Virus record (IMG/VR): IMGVR_UViG_3300021426_000008
Source of the DNA: a virus
Lineage: Duplodnaviria > Heunggongvirae > Uroviricota > Caudoviricetes
Strand: one strand, 5' to 3'
DNA length: 64,000 bases
Within the stretch, counting starts at the first letter, position 1. Each line of letters starts with the position of its first letter. The notes beneath the pieces are model-generated. The model was not told where the DNA came from. It saw only the letters and a list, made by a program, of their open reading frames with translations, and searched no databases. Position numbers and translations under genes: made by a program. Shown piece after piece: positions 49,920 through 58,394 of the stretch.

Positions 49920-50813
49920 TTATTCTGTGATGTTAAATGCTATAGCTCCTGTTCTATTATTTAATATAAATACATCACTGTATTCTTTTTCATAATAGAT
50001 ATAGTCACCTTTAGTTCCAGCTGCTGGAGCTTCCATACCAACAAATGCGTATTTGCTAGGTGTTAAGATAGCAGATGGGTGTACTAAGAACAAGTTGATT
50101 TGTTTAGCACTATCAGATGGTTCAAATCCTGTAGTGAATGTATAAGCAGTCTTCATTAAGAATGAAGGTACAGATATTAACTTGATTTCGTCAAGTCTAT
50201 CTACAACTCTGTTTATAGTATTTTCACCATTTTGAACACTTCTTGATAGACCAATGTTACTAGCTTGTTTTAATAAAGTTTTAACAGCTGGAGTAACATA
50301 TAGTAATCTTCCTTGTGCAGGTACTAATGCTTCGTCCATTTGTTCCATTAACTTATCAAATACTGCTAATACATTGTCTACGTTTAAAGCTGTAGTGTCA
50401 GCTGTTTTTCCTTCAGCTACCCAATCAGCATATATTTTTGAAATTGTATATGCATCTTTTTCTGGAAATTTTTGTGTTTCGTTGAATACTTGTGTTGCGT
50501 TTTGGATAGTTAATACCATATTAGTATCCATAACGTCTGCTGGGTCTATACTTGTTGACCACTCTCTGTAGAATGTAAGGGTTTTTGTCTCCCATTCATT
50601 ATCTACGTTTCTTTGGAATGTTCCATCTATAGCGTCTCTGTTAACATTTTTTCTACCTGTTACAGAAATTGATGGAATATGAATTGTTTTTGCGTCTACG
50701 AACTTATATGTTCTGTTGTTAGCTACATTATATAATTCACCAAAGTTTAATACGTTTGGATATGCTTGTGCTAACGCTCTTTCGTAGGCTTCGGCATAAT
50801 TAACTGCGCCCAT
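49920..50813 (-). CDS. Putative major capsid protein
   Basis: 297 aa, own strong promoter and long leader, immediately upstream of the neck genes. No motif-level support. Confidence 0.45.
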   Translation of the reverse strand: MGAVNYAEAYERALAQAYPNVLNFGELYNVANNRTYKFVDAKTIHIPSISVTGRKNVNRDAIDGTFQRNVDNEWETKTLTFYREWSTSIDPADVMDTNMVLTIQNATQVFNETQKFPEKDAYTISKIYADWVAEGKTADTTALNVDNVLAVFDKLMEQMDEALVPAQGRLLYVTPAVKTLLKQASNIGLSRSVQNGENTINRVVDRLDEIKLISVPSFLMKTAYTFTTGFEPSDSAKQINLFLVHPSAILTPSKYAFVGMEAPAAGTKGDYIYYEKEYSDVFILNNRTGAIAFNITE

Positions 50814-50829
50814 AATAAATCCTCCTTTA

Positions 50830-50928
50830 AATTATATTTTTTTTAAACTAAAACAAGTTCGTAGCAAACCGAATGGGTCTAACTACACAACTGTTACGTT
50901 ATATAGAAATATTACCCATCCCATTTGC
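50830..50928 (-). terminator. Long hairpin (15-bp perfect arms CAAGTTCGTAGCAAA / TTTGCTACGAACTTG) plus U-tract in the 5' leader of the putative capsid gene
   Basis: Arms at 50844-50858 and 50914-50928. On the minus strand the stem is followed by UUUUAGUUUAAAAAAAA, then the RBS GGAGG. Confidence 0.5.
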
Positions 50929-50994
50929 TACGAACTTGGACCGAATTTCATACCAAATATCGTATGCCCCCAGGACATATCTATTTCTGTTCAT

Positions 50995-51023
50995 ATTATA
51001 ACAAAATTGAACAGAATAGTCAA
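50995..51023 (-). promoter_or_regulatory. Sigma-A-like promoter on the minus strand (TTGACT, 17-bp spacer, TATAAT) overlapped by the inverted repeat TTCTGTTCA-N14-TGAACAGAA
   Basis: Reverse complement of 50981-51030 reads ctcTTGACTattctgttcaattttgtTATAATatgaacagaa. Confidence 0.55.
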
Positions 51024-51041
51024 GAGATATTTTAACTTTTT

Positions 51042-51401
51042 TTATAAAACTTTCCAAACGTCCCAAAGTTCTCTGTCTCTACAGTCAAATGTGTCATATA
51101 CAACGCCGTCAATCACCGTAGTTATATGATTAGGCATAGTTATTAAATATGTTCCAATTTGACATCTTTCGACAAAATCACCAACTGTTTCGTCTGGATA
51201 AGTTTCAACTCTGTCATACCTATAATCCAACAAAGGTTCAACAAAATTCACATCATCAAGTAAGATACCGTTTTTCTTTGCTATTCTACTTAAATCGTCA
51301 TACGTGTCACTCCAACTTTTATCTTCCGCAGTAGAAATAGCACGAATTACACAATCATTCACAAAATTATTATGCTCATTAGCATTATAATATTTATACA
51401 T
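51042..51401 (-). CDS. Papain-like cysteine peptidase-like protein (C39-like?)
   Basis: NDCVIRAIS (Cys) and MPNHITTVIDG (His) in the expected order. 119 aa. Weak. Confidence 0.3.
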   Translation of the reverse strand: MYKYYNANEHNNFVNDCVIRAISTAEDKSWSDTYDDLSRIAKKNGILLDDVNFVEPLLDYRYDRVETYPDETVGDFVERCQIGTYLITMPNHITTVIDGVVYDTFDCRDRELWDVWKVL

Positions 51402-51406
51402 TCACA

Positions 51407-51940
51407 TTACCCCATTTGGCTTATTTTTCTTAAATGCTTTCTAATTATTTGCTTTGCTTCTGGAGAATCAACTTCTTTAATCATCTTTTGAGCAAACTCT
51501 GTGAACAATCTCATAGTGTCTTCTAATGCTTCCATACTATCTTCTCCTGCATTATAATTACCTCTATTATATGCAGAACGACTTTCTGAATATGCAGAAT
51601 AACTTTCTTTCATATCTTCAATCATATCTTCTCCATCGTCGTGACCTCTGTATCTACCTCTACCTGTACCAGGTACACCACGTCTACCGTATCTTCCTTC
51701 TGAATATCCACCTTCTGAATAATCTCCATAATCATTATATCTCATTTTCATAACCTCCTTTTTACATTTCCAGTAGTCAATATTTTCTAAATCTTTATCA
51801 ATATCAACTAACTTATACAATACATCTAATTCGTCACTTGTCAGTTCTGAATTAGAAAATTTTTCGAGTTCTTTACAAACAAGTTCTTTCACTTTATCTG
51901 TATAGCACACTTCTTCTTTCTTTTCTTCTTCCTCCTCCAT
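51407..51940 (-). CDS. Acidic protein with an R/G/Y/S-rich central low-complexity region
   Basis: EEEEEKKEE N-terminus; YSEGGYSEGRYGRRGVPGTGRGRYRGHDDGED. Confidence 0.4.
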   Translation of the reverse strand: MEEEEEKKEEVCYTDKVKELVCKELEKFSNSELTSDELDVLYKLVDIDKDLENIDYWKCKKEVMKMRYNDYGDYSEGGYSEGRYGRRGVPGTGRGRYRGHDDGEDMIEDMKESYSAYSESRSAYNRGNYNAGEDSMEALEDTMRLFTEFAQKMIKEVDSPEAKQIIRKHLRKISQMG

Positions 51941-51951
51941 ATAAACACCTC

Positions 51952-52425
51952 CTATTGCACTCTTTTCTTAATTACTAAATTTGCACTCGCAATAATAGGA
52001 GTTTGTGTATCTATACCAGGAGCAGTTAAATCTGTAAAATCTGGAAGACTAGGTACACTACCTACAGCTATAGTTGTATTACCTTTTCCACATACTTGTA
52101 GTATAGTATCAAATGTTAAAGTGGTGACATCACCTGCGGTAGCAAGAGTTGCTGCAGTAGTTGTTCCAGGAGAAATTATACCATCTTCATATAAAGCTAG
52201 TGCCACTTCTCCAGCTGTAGCTGAGCTAACTACGGCTTTAAATGTAACATCATAATATCCACATTCAAGTAATTGATATAATGGAGAACCTTCTCTGTGT
52301 TGAAGCCAACCATTACAACAATTTGCACTTCTAGTTCTTATATCGTCAACACTAAACGTTATAAAAGCCGTATTATTAGTTAATGTAATTGGTAATTCTT
52401 GTACGCTTTCTATCATAATCATCAA
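51952..52425 (-). CDS. BclA C-terminal-domain-like / C1q-TNF-like jelly-roll protein (putative surface fibre head)
   Basis: Gestalt similarity to exosporium BclA CTD (alternating beta-strand pattern GYYDVTFKAVVSSATAGEVALALYEDGII...TLTFDTILQV). No collagen repeats. Confidence 0.35.
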   Translation of the reverse strand: MMIMIESVQELPITLTNNTAFITFSVDDIRTRSANCCNGWLQHREGSPLYQLLECGYYDVTFKAVVSSATAGEVALALYEDGIISPGTTTAATLATAGDVTTLTFDTILQVCGKGNTTIAVGSVPSLPDFTDLTAPGIDTQTPIIASANLVIKKRVQ

Positions 52426-52430
52426 TTCCT

Positions 52431-52471
52431 TTCTAAAAAATTAAAGAGACAGACGAAACTTGTCTATCTCT
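52431..52471 (-). terminator. Intrinsic terminator (AGAGATAGAC aagtttc GTCTGTCTCT then UUAAUUUUUU) immediately upstream of the RBS of gene 51952..52425
   Basis: Read from the reverse complement of 52431-52471. Confidence 0.5.
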
Positions 52472-52535
52472 GTTCATATAGCAAGTTCTCGTATTCGAGC
52501 ATCCTGTAATCAGGTGCTTGCTGTTTTGTTTTTAC

Positions 52536-53459
52536 TTAAAAATTTCCATTACATCCGCATCCACAGCCGTTATTATTGTTGCAGGTAAATATCGGAGTGC
52601 GTCCATAGACCGGAGTTGCCGGAATTGGGCAGCTGTTCAATCTGTTATACAACTGGTCTACCTCATTACTAAATCCTTGAGAAATAAATGCGTTTTGAGC
52701 AGTTTGACTTGCTCTAAAATCTGCTGTACTTAGTTGTCTTTGTAAGTCTGCAATTTTATCATTTTTAGCTTCAACTTGTGCTTTTACTCCATCTAATTCT
52801 AATTGACATAGTTTATCAAGAATAGCTTGTGTATTAGAAGTTGCGTTTGTAATAATATCTCTTGTATTATTAGCGTCAGCAAATCTTGTAGCATTTCCTT
52901 CATTTTGAATAATGTTTTGAGTTTGACAATTTGCTAATCTATTTTCACAGCAACAATCAGCAAATTGAGAACCTAATTGGTTGAATCCCTGTAACATTGC
53001 TGTTTGATTATTGAAGTTTTGGTTCATATTAGCCATTTGTCTAGCATTAGCTGCAGTTTCAACATTAGCAAATCCAGAACTTACAGTTTGGTTCACTCCT
53101 GCGAATCCATTGCACAAACTTTGAGAAATGTCTCCACAACAGTTGCAAAGTTGTGTACTGATTCCTTGTACTGAATTAGAAATATCATTTAATTGATTTC
53201 CTAATTGTAAAGTATTGAAGCCTTGATTTGTATTTTGCATTATTTCTTTTTGTCCGTTTGATAGCCAAGGATACATATTATCAGCACCTCCGCCGAAGCC
53301 ACCGCCGAAACCACCATTGTTCCAGCCACCCATAGCAAAAATTAGAAATAATATTATCCACCAAGCTCCATTGTCGCCAAAACCTCCAAAACCACCATTG
53401 TTTCTGTCTTGGATTAAAGCTACATCAGAGGCAGATAAACCACCATTTCCATAATCCAT
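52536..53459 (-). CDS. Gly/Cys/Asn-Gln-rich membrane protein (YjcZ-like Gly-Cys style)
   Basis: GGFGGFGDNGAWWIILFLIFAMGGWNNGGFGGGFGGG, several CC/CCC clusters, C-terminus CNNNNGCGCGCNGNF. Confidence 0.4.
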   Translation of the reverse strand: MDYGNGGLSASDVALIQDRNNGGFGGFGDNGAWWIILFLIFAMGGWNNGGFGGGFGGGADNMYPWLSNGQKEIMQNTNQGFNTLQLGNQLNDISNSVQGISTQLCNCCGDISQSLCNGFAGVNQTVSSGFANVETAANARQMANMNQNFNNQTAMLQGFNQLGSQFADCCCENRLANCQTQNIIQNEGNATRFADANNTRDIITNATSNTQAILDKLCQLELDGVKAQVEAKNDKIADLQRQLSTADFRASQTAQNAFISQGFSNEVDQLYNRLNSCPIPATPVYGRTPIFTCNNNNGCGCGCNGNF

Positions 53460-53504
53460 AACTTTTCCCTCCTTTTTAAAATATTTATATTATTGCAATA
53501 ATAT

Positions 53505-53726
53505 CTATTTAAAGGTGTTTTTAAATTTATTAAATTCTGTATCAAAATCTAGTCCACGTTGTTTGCATATATTTCTCGCAAAAGTTTCAACACCTTTTGT
53601 GTTCCCATTTTGAGCCATACTTATCACATTATTTAAAATAGGGTTATTTATATTCATTTTATTCAATATACCTTTGGGAGTTAGTCCTTGAAGCATATAT
53701 TGTTTTATCATATTTATAGGATTCAT
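53505..53726 (-). CDS. Hypothetical small protein
   Basis: ORF. Confidence 0.35.
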   Translation of the reverse strand: MNPINMIKQYMLQGLTPKGILNKMNINNPILNNVISMAQNGNTKGVETFARNICKQRGLDFDTEFNKFKNTFK

Positions 53727-53728
53727 AA

Positions 53729-54232
53729 CTATTTCTCCTTTTTATATTTTAAGTCATCTGCAATGTCTTCTAACTTACGTTTTAGTGTTTTTACGTCTTC
53801 TTTTAAGTCTTTTATATCCTTACTGTTCACATTTTTAAGTTGGTCTTTCAAATCGTCTCCTGTGATGAATTTACTATCCATATTTTTTAATTGTTTTTCT
53901 AAATCATTTTCAGTTATATATTTATTTTTATTTTCTTCATTTTCAATCATAGGTTTATATATAACTACTTTACTTGTACCGTCTTGTTGTAATTGTTTAG
54001 TTATAATAGCTGTACCGTCTGTTAGTGGAAAATAACTAACACTTCCGTCATAAGGAATATCAGTAGCTTTTACAACATCTAAACTATCCACAACCTTCCC
54101 TTGTAAGGAATTTTGTGGTCTATACTGATTTTGTCTTGATATTGGGATTTGTTGTTGAGTTTGTTGATTATAATTCAAATATGGATTAGTATAAGGATTG
54201 TATATATTATTGTAATTATAAGGTTCGTACAT
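53729..54232 (-). CDS. Protein with an N/Q/Y-rich N-terminus and a GerW/YtfJ-like core
   Basis: YNPYTNPYLNY N-terminus. DSLDVVKATDIPYDGSVSYFPLTDGTAII resembles the GerW/YtfJ sporulation-protein motif (D...P.DGSV..P). Coiled-coil C-terminus. Confidence 0.3.
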   Translation of the reverse strand: MYEPYNYNNIYNPYTNPYLNYNQQTQQQIPISRQNQYRPQNSLQGKVVDSLDVVKATDIPYDGSVSYFPLTDGTAIITKQLQQDGTSKVVIYKPMIENEENKNKYITENDLEKQLKNMDSKFITGDDLKDQLKNVNSKDIKDLKEDVKTLKRKLEDIADDLKYKKEK

Positions 54233-54326
54233 AATTATTACCTCCTATCTAAATCCATTTTATAGAAATAAAAAATAAAATGTCAGTCAGACAGAACAAA
54301 AAAAAAATATGAGGATTTTTATATCC

Positions 54327-54899
54327 TCATATCTTACAATAAATTCTAATTGCAAACGCTACTTTATCTAATTTTTCAACTATTCTAGGATTATCCATAT
54401 CCAGAAGTTCGCTGATTTCACTAAAAGTTTTCTCGTCCTTAAATCTATATTTATATACCAAATATTCAATACCGTCTAATTGCTCTAATTTCTTTTCAAA
54501 TTCAATTAACTTATCATCAAATCTATTATATTTGACATATTCAGCTACGTCAGCGTATTTACTAGGTGTGCCGTCTGTATTCCACAAATACATATCTTTA
54601 ATATTTGACTTACCAGTCATTATGAAAGCACTAAATATCGCAAATAATATAGAAATGACTAAATCTACTTTTAGTAAAACAAATATACTAAGCATTATCA
54701 GCGTACTCCAAATTAAACACCTATACCAAGTTTTGAAATGTAGCGCTTTTCCAAATAACCCTCTACTAATCATAAATGTTAGCATTAGTATAACCACATA
54801 TCTCATATCCAGTTTTAGAGCAACACCAGATAGAAATATAATTGCAGTCTCTGCTAAATTAAAAATCAGAGTGGGTATCAATCTTCCTATTCTGTTCAT
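54327..54899 (-). CDS. Membrane protein (about 4 TM) with a C-terminal sigma-70 region-4-like HTH
   Basis: Hydrophobic N-terminal half. C-terminus KTFSEISELLDMDNPRIVEKLDKVAFAIR resembles sigma r4 / ArpU-type HTH. Confidence 0.4.
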   Translation of the reverse strand: MNRIGRLIPTLIFNLAETAIIFLSGVALKLDMRYVVILMLTFMISRGLFGKALHFKTWYRCLIWSTLIMLSIFVLLKVDLVISILFAIFSAFIMTGKSNIKDMYLWNTDGTPSKYADVAEYVKYNRFDDKLIEFEKKLEQLDGIEYLVYKYRFKDEKTFSEISELLDMDNPRIVEKLDKVAFAIRIYCKI

Positions 54900-54981
54900 A
54901 ATGTTTCTCTCCTATTCTCCATCTTCTGGGTTGTAAATCCAAAACCAGCTATCCCAAGGCCAATCTGACATAACTATCACC

Positions 54982-55530
54982 TCACTTTACAAATAGTAAT
55001 GCGTAAAGCATTCCAAAATTTATAATGAAAAATAACAAGTTGAATACAACAGTATTTATAGCTCTAAAAGTTGTGGTTTTAATTCGTTTAGGTTTATCGT
55101 TTCTGTTCCATAATAATTTGTATAAATTTTGTATTTTATTGAGTTTATGTCTGAATATAAATAAAAGCGTAAACATTAGTATACGACTTGATAATACTAC
55201 TAAAATTATATTATGGTTGAATAATATTGACACACCAGCACTAATCAAAATCAGAATTATACTACCTATACTAAACGTGAATATATCTATAATTTGTGAT
55301 TTTTCTTTATATAAAATTTTTAATATTATATAAGTCATAAATGTATAAGTAACCTGAAACCACATATTAAACGGAAATGCTAATTTTAACAATATATATT
55401 CTAATATCATTAAAACAGTAAATAATATTCGTTTTTCTTTTATATTTTTAACCAATATCATAAATAACGCAAAATATATAGCTTCAGGTATTTGTCCCAA
55501 CAATAATTGGTCTAATTTCATAAACAACAC
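54982..55530 (-). CDS. Polytopic membrane protein (5-6 TM), function unknown
   Basis: Hydrophobicity pattern. No recognised catalytic motif. Confidence 0.4.
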   Translation of the reverse strand: MLFMKLDQLLLGQIPEAIYFALFMILVKNIKEKRILFTVLMILEYILLKLAFPFNMWFQVTYTFMTYIILKILYKEKSQIIDIFTFSIGSIILILISAGVSILFNHNIILVVLSSRILMFTLLFIFRHKLNKIQNLYKLLWNRNDKPKRIKTTTFRAINTVVFNLLFFIINFGMLYALLFVK

Positions 55531-55582
55531 TCCTCTTGTTCGTTATTATACCAATTATTTATTTTAATGTCAAATATATTTA

Positions 55583-55885
55583 TTATGATTCTGTTATGTT
55601 CGGTAAGTTATGTAAATACTCCCAATCATTTCCGAATTTTCCTAATGTACTATCAGACAATTTGAAAAAAATTGGAGCGTCAGTTACAACATTTGTGTTC
55701 AAAACAATATCTGTTTTTATTTTGCAAAAATAAATAACATCAGTGCCACGAACTACAAAACATATATCGGGAGTAAAAAGGTTTGTGTCTGGCACACTTG
55801 TATTGTTTGTTATAGTTGCTTTATTAGTTGGAGTTGTTTGTATATTAACTCCATTAAGAGGTGTATTCCAAGTTCGGTTAACCAT
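55583..55885 (-). CDS. Hypothetical protein downstream of the fiber gene (chaperone?)
   Basis: Position. Confidence 0.3.
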   Translation of the reverse strand: MVNRTWNTPLNGVNIQTTPTNKATITNNTSVPDTNLFTPDICFVVRGTDVIYFCKIKTDIVLNTNVVTDAPIFFKLSDSTLGKFGNDWEYLHNLPNITES

Positions 55886-55895
55886 ATCATATATT

Positions 55896-58394
55896 CTACC
55901 GAGCGTATAAGCCTGATATAATTTTCATTTTAGAATTATTTATGTCGTAATAACCAGAAAGTTTACATCCATACGCTGCACCACGTAATGTTGTTTTCGA
56001 CATAACAATATCAGTTGGTGAAATCACAGCCATATTAGCCTCTCCTGTACCAGCAACATAAGGCATAATATATAAATTGTCTCCATTATATAAAACTACA
56101 AAATCGTCTCCAATAAACCAAGTACCAGATTGTGAGGATGAAAATGATTTTGAAATTAAATTATAATCATTAGTTAAAGAGTTGATATGTAATACTTTAT
56201 GGTAATACGTTCCAGAATCTCCGCCCCAAGCCTTCATACCTCCAATATAAACTTGTTCATTAGCTTTACCAATAATATATTCGTGATGATAATCATAATT
56301 TGAAGCAAAGTTAATGGTTGTCAATAATTTTAAACTGTCATCTTCACTAACATACACTTGAATATTGGTCTTAGCCGTAGAAATTCCAATATATAAATTA
56401 TTGCTATATATCGCGTCAAACATACTTGGATTCTCAATCGTAGCGGACAAAGTTCTATCATCGATTTTTTCTAATAGATTATTTTTTAATCTATACGTCA
56501 TCAAACGATATTGGTTACTAAATGTTAAACGAATAATGATGAAAGCTAAATCATTCGTTGCTTGTATACATTTAAGAGTATATGCAGTAGGATTAGACGG
56601 AGTAGATACATCTTCGATAACGTCTTCATAAGTATCTCCTGACGTAACAATATTTATTTTACGAAGAATAATTTGATGATTTGTGTTTGTATTATCTAAT
56701 TTAGTTGAAACTGCTACTTCCGAATTATACACAATGTTTGATAATACATAATTTTGATTATTAAGATTGCTCACAAACTGTTGGTTCGGTGAACGATACA
56801 TATACATTAAGTTATGTTTATCATCTTCGTCAGAATTTGATTTTTCTAAAGTAATACCGTGAGTTGGAAATACACGATTTTCATTATCTAAAACCAAATC
56901 AATTTCTTGAGTATTGATTCCGCTTACATCATTTAATATTGAAGATAAACCAATTTTATTGGCTACTGTTCCATCACCTGTAATTATACCTTTTTTACTA
57001 TAAGCAGTCATACCTGAAAATAAATCACTTTCGTCAGCACTAAATTGTGTTGAAGCGATTATATATTTATTTTCATACTCTATTTCTGTTCCAGAACCAA
57101 CTATATACATTTGATAATAAGAAGTACCAGAAACATCCCAACGATAGTATGTACCACTACTATTCACTAACCCTAATAAATAATACGAATTAGCCGGTAA
57201 ATCTAAAACTTTTCCCTGTGTAACCGCTCCAAGATTAGCCACACTTACTACCACTTCAGTACGAGACATATTTGTTAAATCATAACTATAATATGTCACA
57301 TCCGTTGGTGTTTGAGAAGCATTAAAGACTAAAGGCGCCCATCGATTATTATAAATATACATATTTTGATATTGTGTTGGCACAAAATAAGCTACACTTA
57401 AATCTTGTGATAAATATACAAACCCACGAATACCTAAATCAATAATTTTTCGTAATTTATTCCCTACATTTTTTCCACAAAATATTGTTTCTCCAGAATA
57501 GAAAGCATCCATTCCAGGATTACTTCGTGCGACCAAATTATAATTATCACCACTTTGTTCTCTTAATTTAAAACTATCTACAGGTTGATTAAGTGCGTAT
57601 TCGTATAACCCATCAAAATATTTTCCACCTATTTTCATAAAGTTACCAATTACATTATTCCAAGGTTCCATAGGTTCATATTTTATCACAGTTCCAAATT
57701 CTTGTAATTCTTCTCCACCATCAGTTCTTGTGTATGTTATTCCATCTTGGCTTTCATATTCTACTCTCATTTCGCCAGTATTTCCATAACCATCAAAACC
57801 AAAATTTGAAGATGACATATATACCATTCCTTCAAACCAAGTACCGTCTACTGGTCTAAATCTTCCATAAACGTTTCCTGTAAATGCTTCGTTTAATACT
57901 ACTGTTTGTGGAAAAATACAACTACTAAATTCACTTTCTTCTTGCACCGGTTGTGTAGCATCTCTATATATTATTGCTAAATCACCTTCACTAGGATTTG
58001 GGTCTGCTTGCATAGCTTGTTCAGTTTCAAAAAGTTTTACATCTCCACTTCCACCTTCTTGTGGTACATTAACTATTACAGTACCCAAACCGTCATAATT
58101 TTGGTCGGCGGTATATGAACCGTTTTCTGTAACTGTTTTATTTTGTAAAACTGGACTAACGCTTACACTAATGTTCACATTTGATAAAGCGTCAAATTCT
58201 TGGTCTGGTAATAAATTATAATTACCATTTTGTGTTACGTTTAATGTTTTTGATTGATAATTTCCCCCAGTTTCAATACTTAAAATCTCAGTATCAAAAT
58301 CAGAAGCGGGGATAGGAGTATTATCCCCAGTCTTCTGTTTTATAGCAGAGGAAACGTCATTCAAAAAATTTGTTAAATTGTTAATTCTCGCCAT
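55896..58394 (-). CDS. Tail fiber / receptor-binding protein (paralog A)
   Basis: N-terminus MARINNLTNFLNDVSSAIK and FETEQAMQADP are shared with the gene at 60698..62287. 832 aa. Confidence 0.5.
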   Translation of the reverse strand: MARINNLTNFLNDVSSAIKQKTGDNTPIPASDFDTEILSIETGGNYQSKTLNVTQNGNYNLLPDQEFDALSNVNISVSVSPVLQNKTVTENGSYTADQNYDGLGTVIVNVPQEGGSGDVKLFETEQAMQADPNPSEGDLAIIYRDATQPVQEESEFSSCIFPQTVVLNEAFTGNVYGRFRPVDGTWFEGMVYMSSSNFGFDGYGNTGEMRVEYESQDGITYTRTDGGEELQEFGTVIKYEPMEPWNNVIGNFMKIGGKYFDGLYEYALNQPVDSFKLREQSGDNYNLVARSNPGMDAFYSGETIFCGKNVGNKLRKIIDLGIRGFVYLSQDLSVAYFVPTQYQNMYIYNNRWAPLVFNASQTPTDVTYYSYDLTNMSRTEVVVSVANLGAVTQGKVLDLPANSYYLLGLVNSSGTYYRWDVSGTSYYQMYIVGSGTEIEYENKYIIASTQFSADESDLFSGMTAYSKKGIITGDGTVANKIGLSSILNDVSGINTQEIDLVLDNENRVFPTHGITLEKSNSDEDDKHNLMYMYRSPNQQFVSNLNNQNYVLSNIVYNSEVAVSTKLDNTNTNHQIILRKINIVTSGDTYEDVIEDVSTPSNPTAYTLKCIQATNDLAFIIIRLTFSNQYRLMTYRLKNNLLEKIDDRTLSATIENPSMFDAIYSNNLYIGISTAKTNIQVYVSEDDSLKLLTTINFASNYDYHHEYIIGKANEQVYIGGMKAWGGDSGTYYHKVLHINSLTNDYNLISKSFSSSQSGTWFIGDDFVVLYNGDNLYIMPYVAGTGEANMAVISPTDIVMSKTTLRGAAYGCKLSGYYDINNSKMKIISGLYAR

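Noticed and set aside
54882-54903. Another CTGTTCA operator copy
   Set aside because: The match is the start codon region of gene 54327..54899 (ATGAACAGAATAGG codes MNRIG). It is a coding coincidence.
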